Part shown: positions 27,413-40,324 of the stretch, piece by piece
Position numbering within the stretch: the first letter of the stretch is position 1
Layout: each line of letters opens with the position of its first letter
Assembly: GCF_009834535.1 (NCBI RefSeq)
Contig: NC_045696.1
Location: 23,686,001 to 23,750,000 of the forward strand
DNA length: 64,000 bases
DNA from: Camelus ferus
Taxonomy: Eukaryota
Direction: 5' to 3'
The notes under the pieces: generated by a model
The model's database searches: none
The model's input: only the letters and a program-made list of their open reading frames with translations
What the model was told of the DNA's origin: nothing
Made by a program: the position numbers and the translations under genes

Positions 27413-27712
27413 TGTCTTATATTTCTGGATGAGATAGTATATAAATAAACTCCAAAATATAAGAAAGCCATTTGTTTAATTTTATTATATTTCATGAAGG
27501 AAAGGTATTCTGAGGTTTTTTTTGGTTTACAAAATTTACGTAGTATTTTAGAGAGATGAATCAAAGTTTTTACTGCAGAGCTTACATATAAGTATAGAGT
27601 CTAAACAGGCATTTATAAAGATGAGAACATGTGTATTACTTGTCTAACTTTAGAGCTAACAGTTTTTAGGGAAATTAAATATCTTGGAAAAACATCATAT
27701 GTGTGTAAAGCA

Positions 27713-27900
27713 ATTCATTATATATTTATTGAGCACCTACTGTGTGCCATGCCCTGTATGGAGAATTAGAGAAATCCAGATAAAAATGGCAGTTTCTGAC
27801 TCAGTGCACTTAACATGCTAAGGGAGAAAACAAACTAAAAAAGAAAAAAAAATTGTACAATGTATTGAGAGCAATGATAAAAATGTGAACTAGGATACTG
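27713..27900 (-). mobile_element. L2 3' end
   Basis: 'attcattatatatttattgagcacctactgtgtgcca' is the L2 3' terminus in reverse. Confidence 0.7.
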
Positions 27901-29199
27901 TATCCACTGAAGTACAAACACAAGAGATACACAGGCCTATGAGAAAGACCTTTTGTTGAGAGAATACATATTTTGAGCTAATTCATCCTAAACACACACA
28001 GCACATACATACTTTACGTATAAAGAGGGGATGAGAAATGCCACACTTATCTTGAATTCTACTTGCTAAATATTTAGGTAATTTTTTTCCCCACGTAGTT
28101 TGTTTATAGAGTTATCATTGATATTACAGTGTATTTTTTGCATACATTACCTTGGCCATAAAATGTGCCAACTGATGTTATAAAAGTATGTTTGTTCTTT
28201 ATGAAAACAAAATATATATGTATAATTGAGAGGCTCTTTTTAATAATGAACTCAGAATCATAAAATAAATCTATCTGACTCCTTTTTTCTACAGTTTAAA
28301 TGCTGCTTTGGTCTCCTTAATACAAACAATGTGGCTGAACTTGTTTGTTTTTTTCTTCAGAATTCTTTTTGGTTTAAAAACTGTCTATGGCGTGAGCTGT
28401 TGACTTAAGCAGATCACTTTCCTTCCTCCAGATCTTTGATCATCTTTTTTATTTCATTCTTAAAACATTCTTAATAGTTTTCTCAGAAAGCCCTTGTAAA
28501 TATTAAAAGAGTAAATAATCCAGCCAAAAGAATATTATGAACCACATCCATGTGGCCCAATATATTGTTTGCTTTGCTATAAAACAAGAAGGATAAATGT
28601 TGACAATTGAGAATTGTCAAAGAGATAGGTTCAAAGCATATGTAATCCTAAAAATTAGTTTGATCCATGTATAATACTAACACAGCAAGTCATGACAAGC
28701 TTAGTCATTGATTTTGTAAGGTTTTCCTGGTTACAAGTAGTGTTCTCACTGTCGCTTCCTGCAGGCAACAGAGAGCTTGGTGCTCCATTAATAATTTGGC
28801 TTCAATAAACTGTAGCTTTCAGATATATTCCATTTTCTCCTTGCCTCATTGTAGACAGCAAGTTTAAGGGTTTGAAGTTTTAAATGTGTTCATCCACTAT
28901 TCTTTCATAGAGAAGATGCCTCACTTTTACATCATTCAGTCACATGAGGCCTGACTAGAGAGAGTAGATGATGGAGTTTCACTTCTGTATTCTGGTCTCA
29001 GATAATTTAAACAGAGCTCAGATACTGGATGACAACGAGGAGGCAGTGAAATCTACCAAAGCAACAAACTTAGTTCGAAACAAGGGGATTCCTTTGTGTG
29101 TTGGGGGTCACCATGCTTCTTGGGCATGATTGTTAGCAGGAGTGATAAACCACATTCTCCCTCCCTCTTTCATCTTTCTCCATCTCCCTTTCTTTCTTT

Positions 29200-31300
29200 T
29201 TCATTGATTTTTATTAAGAAGGAATAAAACACTATTATAATACTCATATAAGTTAGAACAATACAAACACTCATGAAAGCACCATCCCATTAAATACGGA
29301 GACTATTGAATTATTTTTGGTTTCCTGTGTGATTTCCTCCATAAAGGTAACGGCCATAAGAATCATGCTCACCAATCTCATGCTTTTTATAGCTTTCCCA
29401 CATATTTGTAACCCTAAAGACTAAGTTCTAAGCTATATTTAGTCCTACATTTAAAAAATTTCATGTAATGAAATCACACCGTATGCATTGTTCTAAAGCT
29501 TCCTCTTTTCTCTCCAACTTACATTCTTAAAAATACATTTTTATTGTTGCTTGTTACTATTGTTTTATTTTCTTTGTTTGATGGCATTGTGTTTTGGTAG
29601 ATATTTGGGTTGCTTTTTTTTTGCTTTTACAAACAGAGCTTCTGGGAATATTCTGGCACAATGTTTCTTGATCCATATGTAGAAAACTTTCTCTGAGGTA
29701 TAAACGTAGGAGTGCGATTGCTTTGCACTTGCAGGACAGGCATATCTTCAAATTTAGATACAGCCAAATTGTTTCCAGAGTGACAATACAGCCTTACACT
29801 CCCACCTGCAGTGTATAAATGTTTTGGTGTTTCGCATCCTCCATAACACTTGGTACTCTCAGTCTTTAAAATTTCCAATCAGGCAAATACGAAATGATAT
29901 CCCGCTGTGGATCTTTCCTGAGTCATAATGAGGTAGAATTTCCTTCATATATACATTAGTTTTTGGAATTTCCTTTTCTCTTAAGTGTCTATTTAACTCT
30001 TCTCCTCATGTTTCTAGAGTTGCTTGTCTTCTTCGATTTAAATTGCAAGAAATCTCTGCCATGGAAGTGTACTTGTTGTAAATAACTTCTCCTAGTTTGT
30101 GATTTATAGTTTTACTCTCTTTGCAGCATCTTTTGATAATTAGGCATTTTAGAATTTAATGTAGTCAAATTTATCAGTATTTTCCTGAACATTTTTCTTG
30201 GGTATAAATTCTTCTATACCTTAAAAATATAAATATATCTTTGTTTTGTTTTCTAAGTCTTATAGTCTTTTTAATGCACTTTTTGTTCTGGAATAATTTT
30301 AGGTTCATAGAAAGGTTTCAGCAACAGTAGAGAGTCCCCATATGGCCCTCCCTCAGTTCCACCCTTTGTCAACATTGTACTTTATAACTGTACACGTGTT
30401 AAAGCTAAGACACCACCATTAGAATATTACTATTAGTTGAACTTTAGACTGCACTTGGACTTCACCAGTTTTCCTCTTTCTGTTCCAGGATCCAATCTGG
30501 GTGAGACTGCATTTCATTGTCATTTCTTCTCAGTCTCTTCTAGTCTGTGACAAGTTCTCAGTCTTTCCTTGTTTTTCTTGACCTTGACAGACTTGAGAAC
30601 TATTGGCCGGGTATGCTGTACAATGTCATTGAATCTAAATTTTTGGATGCTTTTCTCATGATCAGAGTGGGGTTAAGGGTTGTTTGAAAACAAAACAAAA
30701 CCAAAAAAAAAATACCATCTAGGCGAAGTGCCCTTCTTGTCTCAGAGTACCAGGAGGTGCATGATATCTGCAAGACATCCCTGGGGATGTTAACCTTAAT
30801 CACTAGGTTAAGTTCCCCTGCCAAATTCCTTCGCTGTAGAGTTTGTATTTTCCTCTTTGCATACTCTAGTCCTTGGAAACAAGTCACCACATCTCAGCCA
30901 CCCACAAGGAGGGGCAGTGGTGGTGACGGAACTCTACCTACTTGCGGGAGGAGTATCTGCATATGTTAAATGGGCTTCTTCTGTAAGGGAGAGCTGTCTC
31001 CTCTTTCCCATTCATTTATTTATGCGATCGTTTATCTGCACTCATGTATTTATTTTGCATACTTGGTATATATTCATGTATATTTATTTTGTACTTTGGT
31101 TCAGTTTTGCAGGTTTTCATTTACATTTAAGTCTTTTGTCTACTTGGAATTGGTATTTCAGTATGGTGTGAGGTAGGAGACCAGTTTTGTACTTTCATGT
31201 ACAAATAACTAATTGTCTCATCACCTTTATAGAAAAATCCACTCCCACCTTCCCACATACACACACTTATCTGCAATGCCAGTCCTTTCATACAACGGTT
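29200..31300 (-). mobile_element. Ancient L1 (L1ME-like) ORF2 3'/3' UTR, interrupted by L1MD-like element at ~30270-31080
   Basis: Minus-strand ORF 29627..29878 gives a degenerate knuckle region (TKCYGGCETPKHLYTAGGSV); typical antisense L1 text 'gccaaattgtttccagagtg..tacactcccacctgcagtgtata'. Confidence 0.7.
30270..31080 (-). mobile_element. L1MD/L1MC3-like 3' UTR
   Basis: 'aattttaggttcatagaaagg..cagtagagagtccccata', 'ctgttccaggatccaatctggg' and 'gatgttaaccttaatcactaggttaag'. Confidence 0.75.
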
Positions 31301-31514
31301 CTGTTTAAAAAATTCTTACCAATCTAACAATTAAAAACTATACTTATTTAATTTTCATAGATTAATTTTTTCAGCTTAAAGTTTTTTGTGATCTTGGTCT
31401 ATTTGGTATATTGTATACTCCTTGTAATGTTAAGAATTATTTGTCGCATGTATCAGTTAAAAATCTTTTAAGAATAGTTGAAATTTTTTAAAAGCCAAAA
31501 TAAAATATTCCAGG

Positions 31515-31740
31515 TAATAGTAACTACTATAGATTAGGTGCTCACAGTGGGCCCTATGCTAAAGATTTATCTACAGTAATCTCACATGTAGTTCTCACAT
31601 CATTTTTGCAATATAGATGCTTTCCAGATTGCATAGGTAAGAAAACTGAGGCCCATAGGAGACAAATAAAGTACTCCAAATCACAGCTAATCAGTGGTAA
31701 AGTCAGATTCAAACCTGGATTTGACTTTGAAGTTTACAGT
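31515..31740 (-). mobile_element. MIR
   Basis: 'ataggtaagaaaactgaggcccatagg...aatcacagctaatcagtggtaaagtcagattcaaacctgg'. Confidence 0.7.
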
Positions 31741-32424
31741 TGATTTCTTCTAGGTGCTAGTGGAAAAACTCCAGTTGCTTTACAACTTAATTCTTTGGAC
31801 TCAAACAAATTTTCAATGAATCATTAGTGTAAACATTCCAAGAAACATTTACTAGTTAAGGTAGGTTCTGCTTCTGTTTCAGCTAATATTGATTATGAAC
31901 AATAACAGTTTCAAACTGAAATAGATGTTAAATTTAAAAACCATATCCAGCTGGATTGTTTATAAAAATATTAACTTGTGCTTGCAAGAGAAAATGTAAC
32001 CACTTATAAATGAAACTATTAGGAAGAATCAAATTCACAAGCCAACTTAAGCTATTAAAATTATTTTTAGGGAAAGCAATAAACCAAGTGAAACCAGTAA
32101 GTGCACCTTGCTATTAAAACCACAAAGAATTAAGATGGGACTGGAAAAAAGAGGATGGGAAACTAATTTATAAGAGCAATTTAACATCTCTGAGGTAATA
32201 AGGAACAGCTACTCCTTTGATAGATGCTTGATTTTAAAATTTGCTATTCAAGGCACATTTTATTTTAAAAGGAACCATAAAAATTTTAAGTAAAGGGCCA
32301 TAATTCCTGGCCAAAGGAACTGTGTTGCTTATAAATCCCGTAATTGGCAAAAATCTGATTGGCAAGACCAAATTCTCATAGCATATAAGGAGCTGTAGGA
32401 AAAAGTGGAAATGCTGGTTTCAGA

Positions 32425-32812
32425 AAATGGATCTAGAGAATATTATGCTTAGTGAAATAAATCAGCCAGAGAAAGACAAATACTGTATGATATCACTTAT
32501 ATGTAGAATCTAAAAAATAATACAAATGAATGCATATGTGACAGAAGCAGACTCACAGATATAGAAAAACTTGTGGTTGCCAAAGGGGAGAAGGAAAGTG
32601 AGAGGGACAAAATAGGGGTATAGGATTAATAGATACAAATTATCATGTATAAAATAGATAAGCAAAAAGGGTTTAATGTACAGCACAAAGAATTATAGCC
32701 ATTATCTTGTAATAACCTATAATGGAGTATAATTTGCAAAAATACTGTCTCATGCTGCAGTACACCTGAAACTAATATAATATGGTAAATCAATTACATT
32801 TCAGTTCAAAAC
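32425..32812 (+). mobile_element. L1 ORF2 end + 3' UTR (cetartiodactyl type)
   Basis: 'atggatctagagaatattatgcttagtgaaataaatcagccagagaaagacaaatactgtatgatatcacttatatg' (MDLENIMLSEINQPEKDKYCMISLIC), then UTR to 'tacacctgaaactaat...aaatcaattac'. Confidence 0.9.
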
Positions 32813-33344
32813 AGAGTATTACAAGGCATTGATCCCCCAAAGAAACCGTAGTAGACAGGGTTAGAACTTTCTGCCAATAGGCAGCTGCTTTTATAAATCA
32901 CTTTCTTCAGTTATTCAAGAAACACTGCAGTGACTTTGTTCCGGACAGCCATATTCTTTCCCCAAAGTTTTGTATTATGCAGATTTATGCAACTTATGCA
33001 CCTTTATGAACCAGCAACCTACCTTCACTGGCTTAGAATTTTGTGCATTGTATGTCTCTTTCTCTAATTTTTTTCTTTGAAGGTTATTAGCCCAACAATA
33101 CAGACATTAAAAGTTAGAATATTTAAAATTTTTCAACATAAAAATTAGAATTGTTACACAACCTTCAGCAAATTATCAAACCAAGGATGCTAAAATCACA
33201 GATGGTAAGGTGTTACTTTATAGGCCATTTCCCCCAAAGTCATGAAAACAGAAAACAAGATTATAGGAAATTACTTGGACAGTGATGTCTATACATCAAG
33301 TAGAATAAAAATGATCCACAATGCTTTGGGAATGGTTGCTCCCT

Positions 33345-33689
33345 GGGGTATTTCTCATAAATAAAGGGTCCTTACAAATGGAAGAGGGAGGTGGGAGTGT
33401 CAAAGCCAGAGAAGCAACTGTGCCCATCCAAACAGGAGTCTGTGCTGTAGTGTTGGCTTTGAAGATGGAGGAAAGAGTCATGGGCCTGGGAATGCCTCTA
33501 GAAGCTGGAAGAGTTGAGGAAACAGATTCTCCTCTAGGGCCTCAAATAAATGCATCCCTGTGGATATCTTGATTTTAGCCCAGTGAGACTCATGTCAGAT
33601 ACCTATTCCATATAACTGTAAGATAATAAATTTGTGTTAAGTCGCTGTGTTTGTGGTAATTTGTTACAGCAATAGTAGGAAACTAATAT
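33345..33689 (+). mobile_element. MLT1D-like MaLR LTR (3' part)
   Basis: 'tggctttgaagatggagg', 'cctctagaagctggaa..ggaaacagattctcctctag'; ends 'tttgtggtaatttgttacagcaatagtaggaaactaata'. Confidence 0.85.
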
Positions 33690-34065
33690 GAAGGGCACAG
33701 AAATGTATTTCATGGAAATAAGTAATTTTTTTACAACAGCAGAACCCGATGATACAGGAGAAAGTGAGCTGTAAAGATTTCCAGGGAAATAACTACAGTT
33801 CTCCTCAAGCCAGAACAGTAGAGAATACTATTCTTTGGTTCTACAAATGTCAGTTACAAATGCTTATTTTCTTATTCTTAGGTTCAGATTCTGCAAAAGT
33901 TTTAAATATCTTTGGTTCCATTTTACGGTGAAATTCATCTTAGCAGAAAAACAAGAATCCATGCCTTTAAACATTTTCTGAGCAGCTAAACAAATGCTAA
34001 ACCCTGGGGACAGCAACAAAAATAAGACAGTGTCCCTTATTCCCTTATTTTGAGGCATACAATCT

Positions 34066-34266
34066 AGTACAGAGCTTTTCTTTTTGACCCATTGTAGAAA
34101 CAGATTTTCCATCACCACCACATAGTATATATGACTATGACTGAACCAAAGTTGATATACTCTAATATTTACTATTCTCTTTCTTTTAGTCTGTTTCATT
34201 AAAAAAATGCTACATGGAAATCATTAAATTGATTTAATAACCTTCTAATGGGTTTGAAAAACACTA
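34066..34266. mobile_element. hAT-Charlie MITE (MER119-like), tentative
   Basis: 'tttttgacccattgtagaaacagattttccatc' ... 'taaattgatttaataaccttctaatgggtttgaaaaacact'. Confidence 0.5.
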
Positions 34267-34544
34267 GTTTTATAAGTTAGACATGTAGAGACATAGTTGA
34301 ACGTGTCATATGCTGCAACAGAGATGAAAATGACAACCAAGGTAACTGCAAGAAAAATAGTTAACATTTGAGTGCTTAACGTGTTCATTGCTCTAGGACC
34401 ATTTTAACATTTGCAGTACCTTAACCAGGTAATCACACTTCGGAGGTAGCACCGTAAACACTCCAACTATCATTACGGAAATCTATACCAGAGAGTTTTT
34501 AATTAGCATAAGGAATATCAAAATAATTCTTTAGTAAAATGAGC

Positions 34545-34930
34545 TGTGCTTGAGTGACGTGATTGGATACGAGGAGTGAACGGGCACCAACACCCACGGG
34601 TGAACACAGAGTCAGGGTGTGGCAAGTGTGTGAGCAGCTAGTATCTTTGGAGCAGCTTACGAGGTCCACAGCTGCACTTGGGCGACACATCTTTGTTCCA
34701 GAGGGGACACTGAAAGCAGGAGGTTGGCTCTCTGCTTTCAGAGCGTCTTTACAGCCTGGGCAGCCCACGCTCATGAGCACCGTTTATGCGGCTGTGCTTG
34801 CTTGTTAGTAAATGTTAGACAGGACTTAATGTAAAACTTGTCTTCATCATTAACATACCGTGGGGTAGCAAAGTTGTGTGGCGATGACGGTCAGCCAGCG
34901 CCTACCTCTGATCACTGGGAGCTGTCGGTA
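34545..34930. promoter_or_regulatory. CpG-enriched non-repeat segment, candidate promoter/enhancer
   Basis: About 15 CpGs in ~390 bp by eye against a CpG-depleted background; TGACGT (CRE half-site) directly abutting ATTGG (reverse CCAAT) at ~34555-34566. Confidence 0.35.
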
Positions 34931-35737
34931 TTTGCCAAAAGAAACTGATGATTGTTAAATGGTCAACTTGGCTTCTTTTAGTTCCTCAGCAGACTTCACA
35001 CTGCGTTCCAAGGGACTTGTAGCACTTGTGTTCCTCAAAGAGAGGTGTGCTGTCAGAAACACTTAGGTGGAGTTTAGTACTCTGCATTTCAGCAAGCACC
35101 CCTCCCATTCCATAAACACTGATGTTGGAGAACATTGGTTGAAAGCTGGGGGGTGGTGGTGATGTGATCAGATCTGCCGCAGTCTTACCTCCTTTCTTCC
35201 TCCCCAGCCCAGACTCTAAGGCACGGTGTCCCGATCACTGCTTCGAAGACACATTTCCCTTTTCACCACACCTGGATTCTTCTCCCTGACTACCCTCTTT
35301 CGCTAGGCTGTGACCTAAAATTTCTCCTGATTCTGGTAATATCATAAGGACGGAGAGTAGTGAGTGAATGGGCATCAAAAGGCTTAGAAATACTATCAAG
35401 CTTTTGTCATTTATTATTTTAAGTCTTGCATCTTCAGACTGGATAGAAGGCAACATCAACAGTGCTGAAAACATGATGTTTAATACATCCTGTTTCTACT
35501 CTGGTCTCTTTCCTCAGATTCCCTTCTGTGTGGACTACAGTGTCCTCTCTGCATAACAGCCCTTATCTCCTCCCCTCCCCGGTCCTCACTGAAGGCCTAA
35601 GTGACCGTGTTTTTTCCTACAGTGTCCTGGAACTTGTAGAGTGGATGCAAAAAAGCAACTGTAAAGAGTTGGGCTAAGTTCATCTTTCTTGGAGGTCTGA
35701 GGATTACAAAAAGGAAAAGCGAGAGGAAAGAGAAAGA

Positions 35738-36191
35738 TGTGGACAAAGAAAGTTGTCTGCCATTTCAGTAAACAACGGACATTGCACTCCATCAAGCCAT
35801 CAGCCACTGCAGCCAACCCAACGGTGCACCCCGAGGGAATTCAGGATGGAAAGAACGGGACACTGGCCCTAGAGAGTTAAGATGCTTGTCCAAGGGATAA
35901 TTTCCATGAGCCCAGACTCTTGTATCTTTTCATATATAGAAAAGAGCTAAAATCACTAACTTGGGATATTTGATTTTTGTGACCAGCATTATTTATTTTT
36001 TGATGTGCGATTACATGGTTTTTTTTTGTTTTTCAGCAAAAACTCCTATGTATCCTGGCTCATCCCTTGCCTCTTTGGAACGGTAACTCAGAGCTATCTA
36101 AGAGGCTGTCTCTTGGGCTATATAGTGCTTAGCAAGGTCTTCAAATAAATCATAACTCTCAACTTTAGGGTTGTGTGTGTTTCAGTTGACG
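35738..36191 (+). mobile_element. ERV solo LTR (ERV1-like, cetartiodactyl type)
   Basis: Starts TGTGGACAAAG; AATAAA near the 3' end followed by 'cataactctcaactttagggttgtg..tttcagttgac'; flanked by direct repeat AAAGA (35733-35737, 36192-36196). Confidence 0.85.
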
Positions 36192-37388
36192 AAAGAAGGA
36201 AGGAAGGAGGAGAGGAAGAGAGGAAGGGTGGGAGAGAGAGAGGGAGAAAAAAAAAGGGCCCTTGGGTCCTTAGAGAATAAAATGAATCCTTCTTCACATA
36301 ATGACTAAAAATTAAAAACAAAAAACCAAAGCATTACTCCAGATACTCCTGAAAAAGTTATCCTTTTCTTCTAATTTCATCGTTTAGCATAATGTCTGAA
36401 TCCTGTGAAGACTGATAGTTCTTTTTAATGGATTATCAGTCTCCATTTACATCTAGTATCTCCCTCCTACACACAGCAGCGAGCTGCTTTTTCTCCCTTT
36501 ATGAATTATATATGCTTAGGACACACAGAGATTTCAATAATAATATTAACTAAATTTATGTAGAAAGACAATTGTATGATGTTGCTTTAAAATGTTTCAG
36601 ATTTCAATTTCTAGATCTCCGTATCGCCTACTTACAAGTATTCATCCCTTCTGAGAAGACTGCCCTCATCCCTGGTCTTCGTTTGGAGGTGCCCCCAGTT
36701 GAAAGTTTTCAAAGTACCCTGAGATTTTCTTTCTTACAGCCCTTAAGATAATTATCTCTTTCTCTGCTTAGACCAAAACCAGGTGCACAAAAGGTGTTCA
36801 GTAACTGTGGGATGGAAGAATAAACGAATGATTGTCACGACATAGATTTATTTTTTTCCCACTGGTGTGACTAAGTGATTTTCCTTCCTTTCTGACATTA
36901 AGGCATTTTTGCAGAGATGGAAAAACATTACTTAATGTGAAAAGCCACTATGATGATCTATTACCATCTTCACCCCAAACAGAAAGGAACAATTTGTCTT
37001 TCCATCCGGTGTCTAGATTGTGGGAAACATGTTTCAGTTTCTAAATGTGCTTGCCCTACAGATCCTATTCATTTTGTCCTTCTTGGATCTCTCTGAAGCT
37101 TTCCTCTCGCCTTCTACCTCTGGGTTTTGTTTTAAGAACACTTTTGTCAGCTGAGATTAAGATAGCATTTCTAAGTGAACACAAAAGCTGAGAAAGAATT
37201 CCAGTCACGCTGCCTGAGGAGCCAGCTGTGCTGTTCCATTTTCTCTCTGCTCTTCTGCAGACAGAGTGACAGGAGAACTAGGAGTCAACAGGCACGATTG
37301 CTGGTGAGTAAGCTGTTGTATGATGTCCCCTAAAATACAACAAACAGAGGCGAGGCGCTGGATTAAAGGCTAGCCTTCTGTCATCTTA

Positions 37389-37544
37389 CTTTTTTTTTAA
37401 ATAAAGTTTTATGTATGTATGTATTTATTTATTTATCTTGCAGGGGGAAGTAATTAGGTTTATTTATTTACTTTTTCAGTGGAGGTACTGGGGATTGAAC
37501 CCAGGACCTTGTGCATGCTAAGCATGCGCTCTACCACTCTCCCC
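37389..37544 (-). mobile_element. tRNA-derived SINE (Vic-1 type) with head deletion
   Basis: Intact B box GGTTCAATCC on the minus strand; TSD CTGTCATCTTA at 37378-37388 and 37545-37555. Confidence 0.93.
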
Positions 37545-38042
37545 CTGTCATCTTATTAAACATTCTAGAAAAATTGATTTTTCAAATAAGAATTTCACGG
37601 TGTAGGAAAGACTATGGCCATACTCTTCAGTCTCTTTGTTCATTTTTTTTTTAAACTTAGTGGCCATCCAAAAAGATGAATCTAATCAGAGTGTACTTTT
37701 CACCAAAATGTCTAGAATTTTCTTGACTCTAAAATAACTAGAGGTCTTTGTTAACATTGTTATAGGAAATATTCATTTTATTCTGGATTCCTTTGTCGAC
37801 AGGCCGACTTCTTTCTCAAGTGACTTCAAGTTCAACTTGAGATCTGCCCACAAAGAAAATTCTTTCACTTAACAAATGTTTATATGTATGCAGTGTGGCA
37901 GTAGCTGTTATGAAGAGTGGAAAACAAGACAGCGAAGGTGCCTGCCTCCAGGATACCTTCTTCCTGATGAATTTGTCCTGAAACATCAAAGCCTACAATT
38001 CTGAGTAAGTTGCTTCCTTAACTCTGCTGCACTATATTTTTT

Positions 38043-38190
38043 CAGTATTTCCCAAATTCCCTCAGAAAGGAATAAGACAACTTCCTAAAGAATCACCTGG
38101 ATGCTTATTAAAAGATTGAGTCTTCTCGCCCAGAGGTTCTATTTCAGTAGACAGGATTATTGACCCAGAAATTTCTATTTAAAAGTTTTT
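38043..38190. mobile_element. MER5-like hAT MITE, decayed
   Basis: 'agaatcacctggatgcttattaaaa...cccagaggttctatttcagtag...cccagaaatttctattt'. Confidence 0.5.
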
Positions 38191-38319
38191 TTCAACTATT
38201 TAAAAAAATTTTTAAATGTGTTAAAAAAGACCGTTTTAAAGTGTTTTTTGGGTGGTGGATGCTAGGCAATATGAGAAAATCAGAAAAAATCTATAATATC
38301 TGAAAATTCAAATAACAAA

Positions 38320-38684
38320 ATAGTTAAAAAGAAATTTTATTGTTGATTTGGTAAGCACATTAAGTCATGTTTGGAAGAAAATTATCAAAGACAACTTAAC
38401 CTAGTGCATCAATGACCTTGATAAGAAAAATGACTAATCCTCCCAAATAACTTGACCAGTGAGCTTTCTTCCAACTCATGCAGTGCAAATTTAAAATCAA
38501 ACACGCAAGTTAGTAAGAATTGTAAGTATCAAAAGAATGCACATCGTTTTCTTCTAGTCAGATGCCGTAATATAGCATCTCTCCCGTCTTTAACCATTTG
38601 CATGAGACTATGAAGAACATTTCTATATGAATAAGCACTATAAAAACTCTACTACTGCACAGTCACACGATAATATATCATGCA
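38320..38684 (-). other. Candidate terminal exon of an unidentified transcript
   Basis: Minus strand: branch point CCTAAC, tract CTCTGGCTCTTTCAG, exon start TGCATGA; AATAAA at 38341-38336 followed by a U/GU-rich tract. 3' end approximate. Confidence 0.4.
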
Positions 38685-39119
38685 CTGAAAGAGCCAGAGG
38701 TTAGGATTAAATCTGAGTAACTTGTTTTTCTCCTTAGAATAGTACAAATTCTTCAAAAAGGGTCTACAAGTTCATCTTTGTAATCTTAGGTAGAACTTTG
38801 CCTTACAAACAGCTAATTATTGCTTGAAAAAATTTGAATGATAACATTTGGTGTTTGCCATATTTTACTTTCCAGAATTTCCATTACTGAAAATTGAGAT
38901 TTGAAAATTCTTCCCAGAAATCTTTACTTTTCTAAAGGCAACAAATAAAAGAATTACTTCTTATTATCTCCTTCTTGCCAGCTGTCTAAATTTTTATCTA
39001 TTTTTTTTTCATTTTAGATTTGACACAGCCATCACCAAATTAATAAAGTACTTCTTAGGTTTATCCAGAAAGATAGAATTCCTAAATTAAGAACAGAAAA
39101 ACTAAAAAATTATTTATGC

Positions 39120-39248
39120 TGGGTCAGTAAAAGTGTTCTTAAATTAGATGGTGGGGATGGTTGCAACACTTGGTAAAAATATTAAAAGCACAGAACTATA
39201 TAATTTAAAAGGGTGAATTTTATGCGTAAATTATACATCAATAAACTT
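39120..39248 (+). mobile_element. L1MB-like 3' terminus
   Basis: 'aattagatggtggggatggttgcaacac...tttaaaagggtgaattttatg..aattatacatcaataaa'. Confidence 0.75.
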
Positions 39249-39720
39249 TTTGGAAAATGTTTATTAGGTTTATTTTCATTGATAAAAGCATTTGCTAAAC
39301 TCTTGGTGGCACACTTGTGGAGGGAAAAAAAGAAGCAACTAGAGAAGTGGATTCCCCACGTCTCCCCTCTATTTCCTTTTCTGCTTCTTTAGACATAGTA
39401 CCATTGTGTGGTGATCCTCCACTAGCAAGAACTATTTCTTGTAAGCTTGGAAAGTTTACCTAAGATGGATATCATAGGTAAATATAAAAATCCAACATGT
39501 CTGAAAACAATGGCTATACATTTTTACTTCTCTGTAATGTCTTTTCTTGGAAGGCTACATACTGTTTTCTTTGTAGATATCCAAGTGGAGTTCCCATCAC
39601 ATTTGTAGAGGATGCTTAAAAAGACATGTCCACACTGAGAGAAAAATTGGACTTAACGACTTTTGAAAGGCCCATGTGATTCTGAATTAAGACCTCCAAT
39701 ACACAGAGAATGAGCCTTAC

Positions 39721-39756
39721 TGCAATAATTTCTGCTGTGTTACTTTTGGATATGTA
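39721..39756 (-). other. Candidate 36-nt internal exon
   Basis: Minus strand: TTTTCTTTTCAG|TACATATCCAAAAGTAACACAGCAGAAATTATTGCA|GTAAGG. Confidence 0.35.
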
Positions 39757-40119
39757 CTGAAAAGAAAATTTAATAATGTTAAAACATTTTGCAAAAACAT
39801 TTGCCATTTAAATCATATTAAAAGAATTACATCTAAAACAATTCTCTCTTATTCATATATAATTTAATAAATGTTATTATGGTATTACTATCTTCTCCCT
39901 ATTGTAGTCATGACTCTTCTGTGAAAACAAAGACCAGTGTAGGTTTAAGAGTTTATTGACCCCCTGAGGCATGTCAGTGTTTAGGAAACATGGGAGGCTA
40001 TGCTTTGAGTCCATCTCAAAGAAGAGAGTTTTTATAAACCTTAAATAGACTGAGGACTTCCCCACCATGCAAATTCTTAAATAACTCCCTTCTGGGTTGT
40101 TTCTCTTCTGGTCACTTAC

Positions 40120-40324
40120 GTAACCCATGTCCCGTTTGTAGTTAGAGTGTTCTCAGAGGAAACGAAAAAGTTGGTATTGGTATTCACCTTTGAGATATCG
40201 TTTGGTGATTTCCCGATTCTTTATGTGTCAAACACACATCACCATCAGTAACCGAAAACTTCCATTTTTGACAAGACACTCTCAAAGTCTGAGTATCTTG
40301 AACATTGCACAGAGACACATCCTC
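40120..40324 (-). other. Candidate exon (205 nt, or 3' part of a first exon)
   Basis: Minus strand: CCCATTTTTAG|GAGG ... GGTTAC|GTAAGT; about six CpGs in 205 nt; all three frames contain stops. Confidence 0.3.

Noticed and set aside
39877..40324. Endogenous non-retroviral viral element or casein/SCPP-type exons
   Set aside because: Translations in all frames show no motif I can tie to viral or SCPP proteins.
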